Below are positions 33,804-45,340 of a stretch of DNA of 64,000 nt, one piece after another. A program made the translations under genes and the position numbers. The notes beneath the pieces were generated by a model that was not told the origin of the DNA, did no database searches, and worked only from the letters and a program-made list of their open reading frames with translations. How positions within the stretch are numbered: position 1 is the first letter of the stretch; each line of letters begins with the position of its first letter. This DNA is from Macrostomum hystrix (lineage: Eukaryota; Animalia; Platyhelminthes). The stretch is taken from contig CATNEN010000001.1 of the NCBI GenBank assembly GCA_950097015.1, positions 26,474,001-26,538,000 on the forward strand. Reading direction: 5' to 3'.

Positions 33804-34613
33804 TGTGACAGTGTATATACGTTTTATCATTGCTCTTATTATAAAAAAGTAAAAATATAAAAAAATCAAAAACGCGCCAAAAATAAATATTTTGTTTATA
33901 TTCGTACCGTAATAAAAGTAATACTGTGTGTAAATAATTTTGTTTTAATTTGCATATTGTAAATAATATTATGTAAAATGTTTCCGTTCAAACAAAAGTT
34001 AATTTCTCTCACTATAAATAGCCGCGATTTTTACTAGGAAAAATATATCCGTTTTCGTTTCCATTTTCGTTTCGGTTCGTTGCGTGTCTAAAGTGCTCTG
34101 AAGTGTTTTCAAGAGTTTGTTGAAGTTTTCGAAGTGTTTCAAGAGTGTTTAAAGAGTGAAGTTGAAGTTAAAGGAGTTTTTAGTGTGTTTAGAAGTAGAG
34201 TTTCTAAGTGTGTTAAAAAGCAAATTCCGAACTTTAAAGTGTTGCATTGTGTTATTCATTTTAAGAAAAGATAGCAGTGAGAAATATAGTCAGAATTATA
34301 CTCAGAAATTATACTAAGAATATTACAGAAGGGAAACTGCTAAACTCTAATCTCGGGGACGCCTAATCGGCTGGAAACGTGTACAGTTGCCTAATTACCG
34401 CTCGTGCATATATAAACGCTACCATTTGAGAAGCTAAAACGGCCCTTTTGAGGACAGCCAGTTAAAATATCTATTAATTTGAGTCAACTGCAGTGGAATT
34501 AATAAATAGCCCTACGACAACTTTGGTGACAACGGTGAGATAGTTAATTTCCACCTGTACAACTTTGGTGGCATTCAATAAGAGTTAAGTATTGAGAAGT
34601 AAGCCCTAGAACA
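33804..34613. mobile_element. Solo LTR (810 bp)
   Basis: TGT..ACA termini with TSD CTAG. The empty site CAAGCTAGTTTAC is present in the paralogous unit at about 23631. Confidence 0.85.
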
Positions 34614-37600
34614 CTAGTTTACAATATTAGATCTCGCTTCTCTGCGACTACTGGTTTGAGTACAGAAAAATTCAACTCAGGAACGAAATCTCAACTCGCG
34701 ATAGCTCGAGCAAAGCTGTGAGCCATTTCTCTCGACTTAACTAAGGTATTTAACGGTTAAAAGCTGAGAATTGTGTCAAGCCAAACACGCGCGCACACAC
34801 AATAGCTAAGGGCTACTGCATGCATCCAATGATTGGATAGAGGTGCTGCAGATAATTACTTTGCTTCTTGCAAATATACGAAATACCATACTGCGATGTA
34901 AAAGTATCTCAGCAAATGCCCGTTCTAGGTCTAGCTTGATTACATCAGCCTGTGTTCGATGCACTTTGTTTTAATTCGAACAACAATTACACAAAAAACA
35001 AATGCTGCAGTGACTCGCACTTCGCACTCGACAATACTTCCTTGAGATGCGCCCGATAAAAAAGGCACAAAAATGCCTGACACTTTCGATACGACACAAT
35101 TGAAAAAATCGGTACGTAGATTAAATTATTAATGCTCCCCACTCGACAACTTAGGCAACCATTTTGATGTACAGTATGGTGTACATTCATGCTACATTTG
35201 ATGTACATTTACGCTACCGTCTCGATAAGTCATGTTTTCCTATCGATAACTCATGCTTTCCCCCTCAATAATTCGTGCTTCCCTCTCGACAGTTCATGCT
35301 TCTGACAATAAGTCATGCTACCCCTCCGATAAATCATGCTAGCCTCTTTAATTAATCATTCTGTAGTCTGAGAAACATTAACCCTGAAAGAATTATGCTA
35401 TTACCTGAAAATCTCATCCAATCTCATCAAGAAATCAAGACATTCCCTAGATATCTAATGCCTTTCTGCACAAATTCAATGCAATGCGCAAGATATATCA
35501 TGCTGCTATCCATTTATATCTAGCGCTGTGTGACGTTGTCACTTAGCGTGCGCATTCCCCCGTTCAATGTTCCACTGCACTTCCGTGTATAGTTGTATAT
35601 TTTGCTAGTTTTTCACTCTAAAGTTCTAATAATTAAAGTTTTTCTCTTTCTACTGTAAGTAAACGCCAACGAAGATCGCGCTGTCCCCAACTTGGTTTTG
35701 CTAGTGTCTCGATATTATTTACCCCAGCCAATGAGCGTGCGAGCTCTGTCGGGCTAGAATTATCGATCGCCCTGTTTTTTAGACTGTCTAGCTTATTTCT
35801 TGGAGATCGGGGCCACCTTCCGTCACTCCCCCCTTCCGCCGCTACCCACCTTCCCTCGCTCTCACCACTTCCGCCGCTCCACTCCTTAGCGTAGGGAGTT
35901 TGCCTACGCTAGTTTGCCGGCATTTCTTTGTGTCCTGAACCCATTGTGCCACGCCACCTAGCCTTCTAGTCTCAGTAGTGCACCGCCATACGATGACGCC
36001 ACGCCCTAGCCACCGGCAACTCAGTCTCTATCATACTTACTTCATAATTGTTGCCCGCCGCGGTGCAAGAAGGGATTCAACCCTACGTGAAGACCCTGTT
36101 CTATTGTTGCCATTGTTGCTATATGTCGCTAATACCGAGCGAGCCTGTATGTACACCTATATCCTCTACGTCGCCAATAATAATACTCGTCATCATCTAC
36201 TACAACCGTCATTGCCCGAGTGCTACTGCTAGACAAATATTCGCCGTGTTTGTCGTTATTTATTCCACCTGGGTCCACACCGAGAGCGTCACATTATTTC
36301 TTCGATAATTAGCTTTTACCATTTCGATAAATAATGTTACCCCCTCCATTATTTTTGCCAGCCACTTGATAAATTATTCTACCCCATTGATTATTTATAC
36401 TCCACCTTGATAATTTATGCTTTCCTCATGATAAATTTTGTTTACCTCTCGATAATTCATTCTCTCCCTCGATAATTCATGCTTCCCTGTTAATCTATCT
36501 ACTGATTAGCTACTATCATATCCTTTCTATGGATAATTAATGCTTCCTTCTTGATAGTAAATGTTTCCTCCTGGATAAATTATGCTTCCACATCGATTAT
36601 TAATGCTATCTTTTGGAAATCTCATGCTTTCCCCGAGAAATGTCATGCTTATCTTGCTAAACTAAAAACGATACAATTGAAAAAGCTAAACGCTAATATT
36701 GCTGTGGTTTAAATGTTGTCTTATATTTCTAAATCTAATTACGCTTGCAGCAACGTGCGAAAAATCTGTCCTTAGTTTTATACTGAATAACGCCTTTTTA
36801 CCGAAAGACTATTTTTTCACTATTTTAATACTCGTACCCAAAAGAGCTGAATAAAAATGTAAATAGAAAACAGTTACTGATAATTATGCATAACAATAAT
36901 TAGCTACCCCTTGATAGATCATACTACCCCTCAATAATTCCTGCTAGTGTTGTAGTGCTGCTTTTTAATAGCACTTCCCTAGTAATTTAACTTCCTCTAT
37001 TAGTAATGCATAATGCAAGTGGTTGGCTTAACTGTTGTAGTGCTGCTTTTTAATAGCACTTCCCTAGTAATTTAACTTCCTCTATTAGTAATGCATAATG
37101 CAAGTGGTTGGCTTAACCTCCTTATTTATTGTTTTCAGTCACTTAAAGTGACCTGTACAATCATTATGCCGCACCCCTGTTGGGTGGATTGATTCAAACT
37201 ACTGAGATTTTGGGTAGCGTGGCTTTCAACACGATAGATCTGGCCTTCTGCCAGTAATGTTCTAGATACTAAATCTAGGTAATTTTGGAGACACTGCTCT
37301 CAGGTGTTTCAGACAATTTAGTCAGATATTTCGGGCTCTCTGGCCAGTCTGTACTCGGGCTTCTCCCGGATCGGTTTTAACGGTTTCCACTCACTTAGAA
37401 ATAAGTAAGGCTTTTGAGTATGCTCACAAAGAGACTGAACTATTTAAGCTTCAATTTAATGGCAGACCAACGGTTAGCTTCCTGTATGAAAACCCCTCTG
37501 TATTTATACCAAAAATAAATCCTATCGAATATTCCCAGTATATTTCAGTGGAGTAAAACAAAGTTTATGTATAGATATTTCGTATAGTATTATGTTATCC

Positions 37601-38179
37601 TAGAAATCTCATGCAATGTACATTAAGTTAGCACATTAAGTTAGCCATATATTAACGCACGTAGGGTGCTACAAGTAGTGACGCAATCCTATTCAATTGA
37701 GAGCATCCGCCCTGTTCTGTGCTACTAACGCACGCACGGGCGAGAAAAAGCACAGATGCAATCTAATAAAGCTGACAGTGTCCGGCCCTATTCTACAGAA
37801 AAAACAGGGTCTATTGTATTCTGGATCTATTCTAACAGAAAATGACTGCTTTTTCGAACATTAAATGCCTTTAAAATTAGCAAATAATTCGAAAAACGTG
37901 TACCATCTCGTTAAGAAGGCAAATATTTTAGAGAAAGAATCGCGAAAATCGGACAACGCTTTTGCTAGAACAACGACAAGACCACATTTTACATTGAGTG
38001 AATGGACACACACACTTTTAGCATAATAGAAGATAGAGAGTACAACATCCCTCCCAATAGCTCGTATTGGTTAACGACTGAGGAATAGAGAATGATTAAA
38101 ATAAGCATTTTGTTTCCATGCATGCGAAGCTCACAAAAGGTAACGTAGTTTGGCACGGGACACAAACTTAAATGCAGTA

Positions 38180-38900
38180 GGTAAGTCAGATTGTCACAGT
38201 CAAGTCCTTGTTAGCGGTTCGCTTTACTTTGACACCGCGGATGCTGCCATCGACTGGCGTTCCGAACATCAGATCGGCGGCGGAGGTTCCAGTGACGGTG
38301 TGTGGCGTGTTGCTGTACACGGCGAGTCACTCTCGCAGCGCAGCTCGCCAATCAGTTTCTTGGGCTTCAGAAATGCAGAGCAGCTTGCTGAGGGGCCGAT
38401 TTAGTTGCTCTGTAATGCCATTTAATTTGCCGTGGTATCGTCTGATGCGTAGATGGCTAATCCTGAGACTTTTGACAAAGCTGTTCAACACCTTTGATGC
38501 AAACAGTGGGCTGTTGTCGGATACAACCTGTCTAGCGGTTCCGAACGTTCCGAAGATCTGCTGCAGTTTTTTGATAGTGGCTTCTGCTGTCATTGATTTC
38601 CTGGCACAAAGAATGGGTAGCGTTAGAAATGTTCGACAACTACCATGAAGTGCCGGCTGTTAGTTGGCGCGAGGAAGTCAAACCCGACGGTCTCTGGCGC
38701 TGAGTCTGGCGCAGGAGCTTTTTCATGACTTGCAGACTTTGCCTTCAGCCGCATCGAAGTTTCTGTGCCCAATTCACCGCATCGATAGCATGGCATCGGT
38801 CTGTCATGCTGCTCGCTCCCTGCTCGAAGCAGATGATTGATGAAATCCTTGCGGCTTGTTCCGCATGGCTGTTGACTGATAGCTGGCAGCTTCAAAGGCT
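38180..38900 (-). pseudogene. LTR-retrotransposon integrase remnant (duplicate of 27380-27912, longer)
   Basis: Same degenerate rve core, plus upstream sequence containing CYRC. Confidence 0.72.
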
Positions 38901-39704
38901 CGGGTCAGCTGAAGGGCTTGCTGGAGGCCGATGCAATTTTCTTTAGTGCTATTGTTTTATGCAACGTAAGGCAGGGACCACTGAGGAAATCGCCAGGGGA
39001 AAAAGCGTCCGAAATCTCACATTTTCTCGCACCCATTGCCGATCAAAATATTTCCTTCACCTGCTACAGATAGGTTAATATCAACGAAATGTCAAGATAC
39101 GAGCGAAGGACAAAGTTGAGTTACGAGTTACATAATTGACTGCTCATATATAGAAGTTAGCACATTAAAACGTATTTAGAACTAATCTACAAGTATTTAA
39201 CTGCATATTATTTATACACGGTTTTGAGGTCCTTAATAAAACAAAAAACTATTCTGTTATACTGCCAAACATGGAAAAACGAAGGTTAAGCGTCTAAAAA
39301 TGTCCTGTTTGTTTCTAGATCAGAGATACTTGGCAGAATGTGATTTGTACAAAGTTAAAATCTGTTTCTTTACACGAAAACGTTACAAAACCAGAGTGAT
39401 GCAGAACCGAGATTGAAACGCGAAATATTTCATATTTCCGTTTAACAATTCTTCTAGCTTGCTTATATGGTTTTTCGATTTCAATTTTTTCAGTTTTACT
39501 TCACTAGCTTCTGCGCCATAAAATTTATTATTCTACCAGTATGACTCATGTAAACGAAAAAGTATTGTTAAGAACTGAACTGAATATTGCTTGTACTCTC
39601 TTGCTAGCAATTAGACTTTTCTTTTCTGCGTGGCCACTAAGTGACAACCAGGCATCTATTGGATAATTATCTGCATTGGATAATATTGGAAAATTACCTA
39701 TTGC

Positions 39705-40490
39705 AGCTGCCGAAGACCGCGTACAACGTTCCAGCCCCCAGAACCTGCCGTCTATTGCCAGCACGATCGCCATAGTCCCGAGGAGAGGTCCCCGCGGCGT
39801 GTGCCGATCGCCATTATCCTGAATAAAGGCAAGACATCCGATGAGATTGGCTTCTTCTGGTCGATTGCCCTGAACTCAAGGCTGGTTTGGTCCAAGCGTG
39901 GCTCTATGGGTGGACCGAGTTCCAGCAACTGCTGCACACCTTTTACTTTTTACTTAATTGCAGGGGGCCTGGGGCACTTGACGCACAAGCGCAGGAACGA
40001 CTAGGCGGGAGTCGCCCATCGCGCCATCTGGACCCCTGGACACATGCACCTCACACACAACCGCAAGCCAAGCGGGGAAGGGGGCGGCAGCCGGAGTGCC
40101 TCTATCTCACCCAAGGCCCGCACACGCACAGAGCAGATCAAACCAGGGAGGACAAACAAACGGTGGCCGTCTTGTTTGAGTTCCGTAGACTGTATAGAAT
40201 CAGGGCCTGTTGCACATCCTGCACGCCGCCTGGATCCGGCCGCGGGCGTTCGCTGGCAAACAAGCCTCTTGGCTGACCGACGAGCTGCTGTCAAGGCGCA
40301 TGGCGCGCTGAGCAGCTGCCGGATCTTTCGCGACGTCCTGCCGCAGTCGCGTTCTCGCCCCACTCCCCTTTGCGCTGAACATCAACGACCTTCCCGGCTG
40401 CTGTCAGAGTACGTGTATTCTAAATGAACGTTGCTTGACGCAGACGATCTCGCCGTCGCGGCGCTTCCTCGGCATCATCCTGGATCACTG
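39705..40490 (+). pseudogene. Non-LTR RT remnant with truncated SINE (39941-40152), duplicate
   Basis: Collinear with 29240-30600 but with additional deletions. Confidence 0.7.
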
Positions 40491-40801
40491 AAATCGGGGT
40501 TTCCAGGCCTCTATCGGCGTCAATATTGCACCTGCCTGCGGTTTTTTATACGAGATTGAGGAGAAGGCCGCTTACCTGTTTAATAACTAGCCTAGCTTAC
40601 TAGCCCTGTCTCTTCACCTCCACAAAGAAGTGGGCTAACGTTACAACCTGAGCAGATCTCGGATATCTCCTGCTTTTTCCTGTGGCGAACAGAGCGGTTG
40701 GGCGCTGGCCAGACATCCGTTCTGAGCAGAGAAAGCTTGGGCGAAGCGCTCAGCTGCGCAGCGGGCTGTCTCCCCTCCTAGCCGGCTGCATGGCCCGCAC
40801 G

Positions 40802-40853
<52 letters not shown>

Positions 40854-41314
40854 CACAAACATTTTCAAACTCCTTCAGGAAGACCACGATGTCTTTAAAT
40901 GCTTCTAATGCTATTCATAGAACGGTGAGCCTACATTTTCTTATTAGAAAAACAAAAAAGCTTCACTTTAATTTAGTCTTTCACGCTTCTTTTACTGGGA
41001 ATTGCCCGAGTTGGAGCACAGTTAATTCCTGGAATTTAAGAGACAAAAATAAAACAAGCCAAAGTCATTTGACTTGTGATTATTGATTGATTTTTATACC
41101 TCGTTTTGAGAAAAATGTTTTGAGTAAGTTTTTCTGCAGAGTCAGAGAAACGGGCAAAATGTGGCAAGTGGTGTTTTTTTTGTTGAAAAAATTGCCTGCG
41201 AAAGAATTTTGTTTTCGACGAGTCGTATTTAATTCAATTGGTATTTAAAGAAGTGAAACCTTCAGAGCTGGGAATCAAAATCGAAAGAAAGCACTACAGA
41301 GGTGATTTAAGAAA

Positions 41315-43075
41315 ATGAATTTCCTGCAGCTTGTTTTTCGGTTGCTTCTTTTGCTTCCGTTGTTACACGACAATGTTGCTTCTGGCATCCGGATCTGCAA
41401 ATCCTTACATATAACCAGCAAGGGCTATGAGACCCACAGAAATGTTAGTCGCTTGCAGGCGGACTTAACGGCTTTAGTAGCTGGCTGCCAGTATGTTCAC
41501 GGCGACGTGACATTGGACAGAATAGGCTTTAGCGAATTCACAAACAAACAGCTTGGCGATGAAATTCGAGGCATGCAAACTGACTTTCTTGACTCCATTG
41601 TGGAGATCAGAGGAAAACTAGTGATCGAGCAAGTCAACCTTAAGCGCGTCACCTTCCGTAACTTGCGCACCATCCGAGGTTATGCTTTTAATGAATCTAC
41701 TGACTTCCCATTATATTCATTTGTATTATTCTTTTCGCGGTACATGAGGAAGCTGGAATTGCCCAAGCTGACTGCAATCACAAAGAAAAATGTATATCTA
41801 TTGGGGCCAATGCAGTCTAGCTTGTACTGCTACCTGTCCTACAGCATCAACTGGAGAAGCCTGTTTCAAGAACCAGGCCAGCGTTATTTTGATAACATAT
41901 TTTCTGTTATTACAGAAGAAGGCCCAGATCTTTTGAGACGCTGGAGCTCACATGTGATAAGGCATACCTGCAATCGTCTGCTTTCCTGTCACGCCAATTG
42001 TACTCAAACTCCAATTTATAACCAAACTTGCTGGTCCGACGGTGTCGATGGCTGCCAAAGTAATCATCTGTGTCGTAAGCGCAAGTGTAAATTTACGAAC
42101 CTATGCTTCCATAACCCGAACACTGGCCAAGAAGACTGCTGCCACGACGACTGCCTTGGCGGTTGCTCAAACCGGCCCAACGAGTGCTTCGCCTGTCGGA
42201 GAGGAGTATTGTTCAATGGTGTCTGTAGAGAATCCTGTCCGTCGAATACTAGTACCGCTAGTGGCAATGGCACTGGCGTGACTGTTTGGCGACAGATCGG
42301 CAACATCTGCGTAGAGGAGTGCTCACTGCCCTTTGTTGTTAGCTCTGACGGCAGGCGCTGTTTAATCGAGTGTCCATCAGCAGAAGTCCCTATCAAAGGA
42401 GTTTGCACAAAGTGTATTGACAAAATTAGCTCTAAGCCCTGCAAATCGTGCAATGTCTTCTTTAGAATAACAAAAAAATTAGCATACTCATTGAGGACTG
42501 AGCAGTGTTCGATTTGGAGGGCCGATTCTTCTGATCTAGTCGTGTATGTTGATTGGTTAAGTAGCTTAGATAACCTGAAAGTATTGGAGAATTTAGAGTA
42601 CTTTTACGGCAATTTAATAATTCGGACATATGATATATACGAGCCGTACTTACTAGACAATCTCCGATTCCTACGTAATATCAAACTCGTCACGGACTCC
42701 TTTAAGATTTTCTCGCTCAAGACGAGATACCTCGGACTAGCTAGCTTGGAATATACTGCTGACCTTCTGCTTAGGAATATTAGTGATCTTTGCAGAGCCT
42801 GGTATCCTAGCAATCGAATCCGAGAAATCCAGGAAGTCACTAAAGAATTTCAAATTACAGTAGAAAACCTGAGCTTTGATGACAGCAGCGAGATTTGCCG
42901 GAACGCTACCTGCGATGCTCAGTGCCAGGACGAATGCTGGGGACCCGGCCCAGACATGTGCGTGGCGTGTCGGAACTTCAAAGTGAACGACCGCTGCTAT
43001 GCCACCTGTGCGGAGTCGGGCAGGATTGAAGTAAATGGGAATTGTGAACTGCCTGTGCCACAGCTAATCGGCTAA
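41315..43075 (+). CDS. Secreted EGFR-ectodomain-like protein, copy 3 (586 aa, intronless)
   Basis: Same architecture as copy 2. The first ~380 aa are identical to copy 2 and L2 is a patchwork of copy 1-like and copy 2-like segments. Confidence 0.92.
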   Translation: MNFLQLVFRLLLLLPLLHDNVASGIRICKSLHITSKGYETHRNVSRLQADLTALVAGCQYVHGDVTLDRIGFSEFTNKQLGDEIRGMQTDFLDSIVEIRGKLVIEQVNLKRVTFRNLRTIRGYAFNESTDFPLYSFVLFFSRYMRKLELPKLTAITKKNVYLLGPMQSSLYCYLSYSINWRSLFQEPGQRYFDNIFSVITEEGPDLLRRWSSHVIRHTCNRLLSCHANCTQTPIYNQTCWSDGVDGCQSNHLCRKRKCKFTNLCFHNPNTGQEDCCHDDCLGGCSNRPNECFACRRGVLFNGVCRESCPSNTSTASGNGTGVTVWRQIGNICVEECSLPFVVSSDGRRCLIECPSAEVPIKGVCTKCIDKISSKPCKSCNVFFRITKKLAYSLRTEQCSIWRADSSDLVVYVDWLSSLDNLKVLENLEYFYGNLIIRTYDIYEPYLLDNLRFLRNIKLVTDSFKIFSLKTRYLGLASLEYTADLLLRNISDLCRAWYPSNRIREIQEVTKEFQITVENLSFDDSSEICRNATCDAQCQDECWGPGPDMCVACRNFKVNDRCYATCAESGRIEVNGNCELPVPQLIG

Positions 43076-43604
43076 TGCGATGAAGGCTGCAACGGTCCAG
43101 GGCGTGATCAGTGTGTGAACTGAGAAGTTTCGTTACGAACAAATCAGTGCTTCATTGTAATGAGACTCAATTTGAGCTACTAATAGTAAACCAAGATCCC
43201 TATGAAAATTCTAAGATGAAATTTTGGAACAAGTTTTTGTCTTCAAATAGTCGATTAGCACATGCAGTGGCACACCATCAAGGCAAGCCGTTGTGGCCAT
43301 ATTTGGTCACCTGAGTTTGACGTCGCCATTTGTTGAAGCCAGTCAGGAAAAGACCTTCAGCACTTGAGTGTTTTTAGTTTTCGATACCTAAATAAAAATA
43401 GACTCGTACTTCAAAATCAAATACTACTACTCACAGTAGTATTTTTCGTGCATGCACGAGATGCACGCATGCACGTCCTTCATAAGCTTGTGCATTGCTG
43501 TAGCTGAGTAAATCATTTGCCTATCAAGTATTTAATCAACAAGGTGCTCAGTGACCCGCACTTGTACACAGCAGCAGAGCTGTACGATGTCTACTCGATG
43601 TACT

Positions 43605-43823
43605 TGTAGAGTCTTTGATTTGTGGTCGAAAATATGCTCAACTGAGCGCTGCTCCGCGGGCGACAATATATATATATATATTTTTAATGGATCGATAATT
43701 GGGGTGGGGGTACGACAGGTGAGAGTTGAAAGTGCTGAGTGCGCGCACAAGACGTAAGAGGTATTGATTGGCTGGAGCAAGCTGACGCAATGCGGGGCGA
43801 AGTACAAGTACGCAAGTCTTACA
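43605..43823. mobile_element. Solo LTR (219 bp)
   Basis: TGT..ACA termini with 5-bp TSD GTACT. Empty sites (GATGTACTC) are present in units 1 (~23437) and 2 (~33611). Confidence 0.85.
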
Positions 43824-44399
43824 GTACTCAAATTAAAGTAGGCGTTGAGTTGAAAAGTCAACGTTTTGTGAAGAGCCTACACAAGTACCCTTGCTGCTCT
43901 TATTATATCCAGTTTAGTGTTGCTATCGGCATGCGTTACTGGGGTTATTTTACGGAGCGTCACTTCTAGGCACTACAGACTCAAGGATAGGTCTGGCTTG
44001 ATTACACCAGCCTGTGTTCAAAGCACTTTGAATTCAACGACGCCGTAACAACAGTTTTACAGCTGCAGCTTTCGCCATCCTGCACACTCAACAGTATTGA
44101 GAACACTTCCTTGAGATATGCCCGACAAAAAAGTGCACAAAAATGCCAGACACAATAGAATAGAAAATATAAATAAAATACAATAGAAAAAGAAACGATA
44201 CGTAGATAACATTCAGAAATCATGTGGTTCCCTGAATTGCCTTTATTTACAGAAATGATGCACGCACAAAGTTTTAATTATTGATTATGCCCACAGATAC
44301 TACTCGTATATTAACATTTATCACGGTTAATATAGTATCTGTGATTATGCCATGCAAACAGCAAATGAAGTAATTGCTCCAATTTTTAGTTTCTTCCGA

Positions 44400-45340
44400 A
44401 TCTAAGAACTTGTCGCTGGGTTGTCTTGCCGGTCAGTATCGCATGCTCCATCATTTCCGTCGCTCTTCCTGCATGGGTGTCCGTCTGGTACAGCGTTCGT
44501 AGAAGTGCTTCAGCTCAGCTGAGCAGTCTTCGGGAACTGCGGGCGCCCCCTTCTTATCTAGCACTGTCGCCGAACCCAGAAAGTTGTTAAAACTTGCGTG
44601 AGGCAAAGCACCGAGTCCATCTGGAAGACTGAGCAACCGAACGCCCAGATGTCCGACTCTCTGCTGTAGTGTGGGTAGCTGTCATCGTCTGGTGCCAGCA
44701 GCTCTGGTGCCAATATGTGCAATGTGCCCTTTGGTGACATTGTGAGGCCGTGAGGAGGCTGACTGACTGCTCCAGCTTGATTGAAAGGCCTACGTCAATA
44801 AGTTTGACTCGCCTGTTGTCACTTAGCACAATGATGCTGCTGCATGCATTTGACGTCTCTGTGGATCACGGGCGGCTGTCGGCTGTGCAGGTAGCGCAGT
44901 GCTCTGCAGATCAAGAAGCTTTTCGGAACTATTTCTTCGAAGTTGTTGCTCGCTGGAAGAAACTTGCAAGGAAATAGTTTACAAGAGGCTTCTCACCTGT
45001 AGACAGAAAAAACGAATTGTCTCCTATTGCATTCTCTGTGAATTGATTACCTTCTCCAGGTGCGACCGTCCAGGAGATCCATGACGGACACAGTTAACGG
45101 TTCCCATTGTACGTGGAAGTAAAAGAATCTGACGATGTTATCGTGCTGAAGTCAGCAAAGATTCCACTCGCCTGCGATCTGTCGATGTCATCTGTCACGG
45201 ATCTCTGCTGATCGGTACGATGCTGTTGAACGGGTAATCTAAGGTTCTTCACGGCGCACCTAATTTCCGCGTCCGTATTAGCTTCGTGAACTTCACCGTA
45301 TCCACCTCTGCCAATCAGGCGGCTTTGTGTCCAGCGGCTT
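44400..45340 (-). pseudogene. Ser/Thr protein kinase pseudogene (STE/MAP3K-like)
   Basis: IGRGGYGEV, AVK, VIHRDVK, VKLIDVG, GTLHILAPE and SDIWAFGCSV are spread over several frames. Confidence 0.85.

Larger units (their letters stand above)
20850..43990 (+). repeat. Tandem segmental duplication, ~10-kb unit (2 full units plus a partial third)
   Basis: Gene starts at 21155, 31334 and 41315. Intergenic 24890-30970 is largely collinear with 35800-40880, apart from unit-specific indels. Confidence 0.92.

Noticed and set aside
44400-45340. Missing kinase domain of the EGFR-like genes
   Set aside because: It is on the opposite strand, has Ser/Thr signatures (HRDVK, GT...APE) rather than HRDLAARN, and is frameshifted.
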